NCBI GenBank assembly: GCA_043810925.1
Contig: JBDRNT010000034.1
Coordinates: 1 to 41,714 of the forward strand
Length of the DNA: 41,714 bases
Direction: 5' to 3'
From: Candidatus Eiseniibacteriota bacterium
GTDB lineage: Bacteria > Arandabacterota > Arandabacteria > Arandabacterales > Arandabacteraceae
The stretch's first letter is position 1, and each line of letters opens with the position of its first letter. Positions 38,534-41,714 of the stretch are shown one piece after another. Below the pieces are notes generated by a model that had not been told where the DNA came from, made no database searches, and worked only from the letters and a program-made list of their open reading frames with translations. Made by a program: the position numbers and the translations under genes.

Positions 38534-39658
38534 ATGAAGATCTCCGACGCGAAGACGAAGATAAAGGATATCGCCCGGGATCTGGGAATCGACGGTATAG
38601 GCTTCTGCGACGCCGGCACCCTGGACGGTACGGAAAAGGCCTTCAGGACGGCCATAGAACGGGGCTTCATACCGGCCCGGTCCGTACCCCGGGATTCGAC
38701 CCTGGCCAGACTCACAACCCCCGCGCGACATCTCAAGGGCGCCCGGTCCGTGATCTCGGCCTACCAGTCATACTTCACTGGTGAACCACCCTGTAGCGAT
38801 CCCGGGTGTGGGACGATTGCAGCCTACACCCGCAGCAACTACTACGAGGACTTGAAACGCAGGCTTAAGCGGCTTGCCGGCGTGATGGAGAGGGACTTCG
38901 GCTGCAGGACAAAGGCCTTTTCATGTTACGTGACGCTGGCCGAGAAACCGCTCGCCCGGAGGGCCGGCCTCGGTTTCTATGGGAAGAACGGTGTAATCGT
39001 CACACCCATCCACGGTTCGTATGTCGTCTTAGGAGAGATCATCACCGACCTTGAGCTCGAACCTGATGAGATGATTGAGACGACCTGCGGCAGTTGCCGT
39101 CTCTGCATGGACGCCTGCCCGACAGGAGCTATCAGGACACCGTACTTCATAGACAGGAACATTTGCATTCAGCACCTCTCCAGCAGTATGGACCCCATTT
39201 CACCCGGCATAAGGGAACGTTGGGCAAACAGGCTGTATGGTTGCAGCGCCTGCCAGGAAGCCTGTCCTTATAACTCCAGCATACCCCCCACCGGCCGGGA
39301 TGTCGCCTTTGGCGCGGTGGGTTCATCCGCTCGGCTGGACGAGATTATTGCCATAAGCGAGGACGGGTTCAGTGCCAGATTCTCCGACAACCAGATCGGC
39401 ATCCGTGGAAGGAACGCTATCAGAAGAAACGCGATAATGATTGCGGGTAATTCCCGGTTGGAAGCCCTCCTGCCGCTTCTGCGCACCTGTGCGACAGATG
39501 ACGACCCGGTGATCAGGCTTAACAGTCTCTGGGCGATCGCACGGATCAAAGACCCATCGGCGAAGACCCATCTTGAAGCAGCCATGCGCCGGGAGCAGGA
39601 CGGAGAAGTTCTCATGGAAATCAAGTCTTTGCTTGACGGATTCGGCCCTGTTGAATAG
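38534..39658 (+). CDS. queG: QueG-like epoxyqueuosine reductase family Fe-S protein with C-terminal HEAT repeats
   Basis: A-RAGLGF-GKN, GS---LGEI, CGSCRLCMDACPTGA, GCSACQEACP, RNA; atypical at the DYH and VDT positions. Confidence 0.7.
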   Translation: MKISDAKTKIKDIARDLGIDGIGFCDAGTLDGTEKAFRTAIERGFIPARSVPRDSTLARLTTPARHLKGARSVISAYQSYFTGEPPCSDPGCGTIAAYTRSNYYEDLKRRLKRLAGVMERDFGCRTKAFSCYVTLAEKPLARRAGLGFYGKNGVIVTPIHGSYVVLGEIITDLELEPDEMIETTCGSCRLCMDACPTGAIRTPYFIDRNICIQHLSSSMDPISPGIRERWANRLYGCSACQEACPYNSSIPPTGRDVAFGAVGSSARLDEIIAISEDGFSARFSDNQIGIRGRNAIRRNAIMIAGNSRLEALLPLLRTCATDDDPVIRLNSLWAIARIKDPSAKTHLEAAMRREQDGEVLMEIKSLLDGFGPVE

Positions 39659-39691
39659 TATGGAGTAGGAGACTAAGGGCATTAGATATAG

Positions 39692-40144
39692 ATGAAGCTA
39701 TCTGAATTGGTTACTGCAAAGAGAATCAACCTGGATCTTAAAGCCACAACCAAGGATGGCGTTCTAGAAGAGCTGGTCCAACTCCTCAAGGTGAGCAACC
39801 CTGCCAGAGAGGCACTTCTCAACACTTTGCGATCGCGTGAAGCACTGGGCTCAACCGGAGTGGGAAAAGGCATAGCGATACCCCACTGCCGCTCGCTTGT
39901 GGTGAGTGAAGTCATTGTTGCTGTCGGTAGATCCAAGAAAGGCATCAGTTTCAAGTCGATGGATAGGAAGCGTGCCTACCTCTTCTTCCTTATCGTGGCA
40001 CCCCCTGTCGGCGATCCGGCCGACTACCTCATTGCCCTGGGGAAGGTCGCCCAGGCGGCACGTCTGATGTCCGCGGACAAGAGAATCAAGAGTGTCAGGG
40101 GCCCCAAGAAATTCATAAGCCTGATCGAGGAACTCGAAAAATGA
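39692..40144 (+). CDS. PTS EIIA component (Fru/Ntr type)
   Basis: RE-LGSTGVGKGIAIPHCR phospho-His motif; stand-alone 150-aa domain. Confidence 0.9.
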   Translation: MKLSELVTAKRINLDLKATTKDGVLEELVQLLKVSNPAREALLNTLRSREALGSTGVGKGIAIPHCRSLVVSEVIVAVGRSKKGISFKSMDRKRAYLFFLIVAPPVGDPADYLIALGKVAQAARLMSADKRIKSVRGPKKFISLIEELEK

Positions 40145-40494
40145 ACCCGCAGCTCCAGGTTTTGATAGCACTGCAGGACATCCTTTTCATGATAAGGGAA
40201 TCAAAAGATCCAACCCAGAAAAGGGCACTCGGGAAGATGGGTTTCAAGATGGACAATGTCGAGTCACTTGAGACCACCAGGGAGGATCTCGAGAATCAAC
40301 TGAGCCCCTCGATTCTCAGGGAATACAGCAGGGCAACACAGCGCCATGGCAGAATCGTGGCCCCGGTGATACGCGGAACTTGCTACGGCTGTTTCGTCCG
40401 GATTCCCTCCGCCATAGACGCCGCAGACGACCGCAACAAGACTCTCTACAGATGTGAGAACTGCGGTATGTATCTCTACTGGGTGGACAAGTAG
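40141..40494 (+). CDS. C4 zinc-ribbon protein (DUF164-like) with short helical N-terminus
   Basis: L--LQ-I start; Y...G--VAPV--GTCYGC-V-IP...CENCG--L; ATGA overlap with EIIA. Confidence 0.8.
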   Translation: MNPQLQVLIALQDILFMIRESKDPTQKRALGKMGFKMDNVESLETTREDLENQLSPSILREYSRATQRHGRIVAPVIRGTCYGCFVRIPSAIDAADDRNKTLYRCENCGMYLYWVDK

Positions 40495-40551
40495 CGTCGG
40501 GGTCCCACCCCGACGATCCTCCATCCGTCGCGCACGGAGACGCGATGCTAC
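40491..40551. repeat. inverted REP doublet (REPIN-like)
   Basis: GTAGCGTCGGGGTCCCACCCCGACG (40491-40515, +) faces GTAGCATCGCGTCTCCGTGCGCGACG (40551-40526, -). Confidence 0.8.
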
Positions 40552-40581
40552 ATTTCTCTAGTGTTGTGACACAAAAGTTCC

Positions 40582-40609
40582 TTGACATATATGTTGGTTG
40601 TAGTATCCT
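40582..40609 (+). promoter_or_regulatory. candidate transposase promoter overlapping the left inverted repeat
   Basis: TTGACA (40582-40587)-16 bp-TATCCT (40604-40609), then AGGAGG and ATG 40636. Confidence 0.45.
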
Positions 40610-40635
40610 CTTCTGCAGAGAGGAGGGACACCCCC

Positions 40636-41714
40636 ATGAGACCGAGAAAGGATGCTATCATCCTTAATCCCTCGCACCGCGAATTGCTCAAACAGTGGTC
40701 GAGAACTCGAGCGGGACGTCATGACTTGGCCTTCCGGGCCGCAATCGTCCTGGCCGCTGCCAGTGGCTTGAACGACATCTGGGTCGCACGGCAAATGAAT
40801 ACCACCCGCGCTACGGTAGGCAAGTGGTTGCGTCGATTCCGAGAGGAAGGTCCCCAAGGCCTCCACGACGATGTGCGCTCGGGAAGGCCTCGCACTATCA
40901 AAGATCAGAAAGTGGCCGAGATCGTTAACCGAACCCTCAAGAGCAAACCCGCAGATGCCACCCATTGGAGCAATCGTTCCATGGCCGAAGCCGGAGGAAT
41001 CAGTCGGGAGACTGTGCGAAGGGTCTGGCGTGCCTTCGGACTCCAGCCCCATCGCAGTGAAACTTTCAAACTCTCCACCGATCCGCTCTTTGTGGAAAAA
41101 ACCCGGGATATCTGTGGCCTCTATCTCAATCCCCCTGACAAAGCACTTGTACTGTGCGTCGATGAAAAAAGCCAGATCCAAGCCCTCGATCGAACTCAGC
41201 CCGTGATGCCCATGCGCCCTGGTCTGCCCGAGCGGCGTACCCACGACTACATCCGACACGGCATCGCTAGCCTGTTCGCCGCCCTCGATATCGCCTCCGG
41301 CAACGTGCTGGGTAAATGCTATCTCCGACATCGGCATCAGGAGTTCCTCAAATTCCTCCGGCTCATTGACCGCCAAGTACCCCCCGAACTCGATGTCCAT
41401 CTGGTACTCGACAACTACGGCACTCACAAACACCCCCGGGTCCGAGGCTGGTTCGCAAAGCATCCGCGCTATCACCTTCACTTCACTCCCACTAGCGCTT
41501 CTTGGCTCAACCAAGTAGAACGCTTCTTCTCTACTCTCACTCAAAAACAAATCCGCCGAGGCTCATACACCAGCGTTCGAGACCTTATGATCAAGATCAA
41601 TCGCTATCTGGAACTCTACAACCACAACACCAAACCATTTGTCTGGACCAAATCGGCTGACGAAATCTTCGAGACCATCTATGCTATGTGTCAAGATACT
41701 TCTGAGTCACAACA
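40636..41714 (+). CDS. IS630 family transposase (stop codon beyond the window; absent from the ORF track)
   Basis: manual translation MRPRKDAIIL...W-RRF...RSGRPR...THWS...VDEKSQIQAL...HDYIRHG...LDNYGTH...SWLNQVERFF...KPFVWTK is open for 359 codons to the edge. Confidence 0.93.
   Translation, partial: MRPRKDAIILNPSHRELLKQWSRTRAGRHDLAFRAAIVLAAASGLNDIWVARQMNTTRATVGKWLRRFREEGPQGLHDDVRSGRPRTIKDQKVAEIVNRTLKSKPADATHWSNRSMAEAGGISRETVRRVWRAFGLQPHRSETFKLSTDPLFVEKTRDICGLYLNPPDKALVLCVDEKSQIQALDRTQPVMPMRPGLPERRTHDYIRHGIASLFAALDIASGNVLGKCYLRHRHQEFLKFLRLIDRQVPPELDVHLVLDNYGTHKHPRVRGWFAKHPRYHLHFTPTSASWLNQVERFFSTLTQKQIRRGSYTSVRDLMIKINRYLELYNHNTKPFVWTKSADEIFETIYAMCQDTSESQ

Larger units (their letters stand above)
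40561..41714 (+). mobile_element. IS630 family insertion sequence, cut at or very near its right end by the window edge
   Basis: follows TA at 40559-40560 (CTAG context); 40562-40590 matches the reverse complement of 41686-41714 at 24 of 29 positions; contains a DDE transposase. Confidence 0.93.

Noticed and set aside
40558-41550. 330-aa minus-strand ORF
   Set aside because: It is the antisense shadow of the IS630 transposase, which carries the recognisable DDE motifs on +.

Overview
A gene-dense, GC-rich (roughly 57-59% by eye) bacterial chromosomal window. Secreted proteins with FlgD-Ig/T9SS-like C-terminal tails, a gingipain-family protease and a protein ending in TWGxIK suggest an FCB-superphylum candidate-phylum organism; this is an inference. 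The centrepiece is a tightly coupled six-gene operon (10020-17556). It encodes a beta-decarboxylating dehydrogenase with a homoisocitrate-dehydrogenase-like substrate motif and an NADP-type coenzyme motif, an atypical fused LeuC-LeuD aconitase, a homoaconitase-like LeuC/LeuD pair, a CitD-CitE fusion and CitF. No synthase and no citC/citG/citX lie in the window. This is a candidate undescribed (homo)citrate-lyase / reversed alpha-aminoadipate-type pathway. Also present are two MacAB-like transporter clusters lacking an ATPase, a DEDDh-WYL fusion, a QueG-like protein lacking canonical catalytic motifs, an EIIA plus zinc-ribbon pair, two REP-like repeat families and an IS630 element reaching the right edge. 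No rRNA, tRNA or CRISPR array was recognised. Family calls come from motifs read by eye; comparisons with reference proteins are from memory and need alignment.
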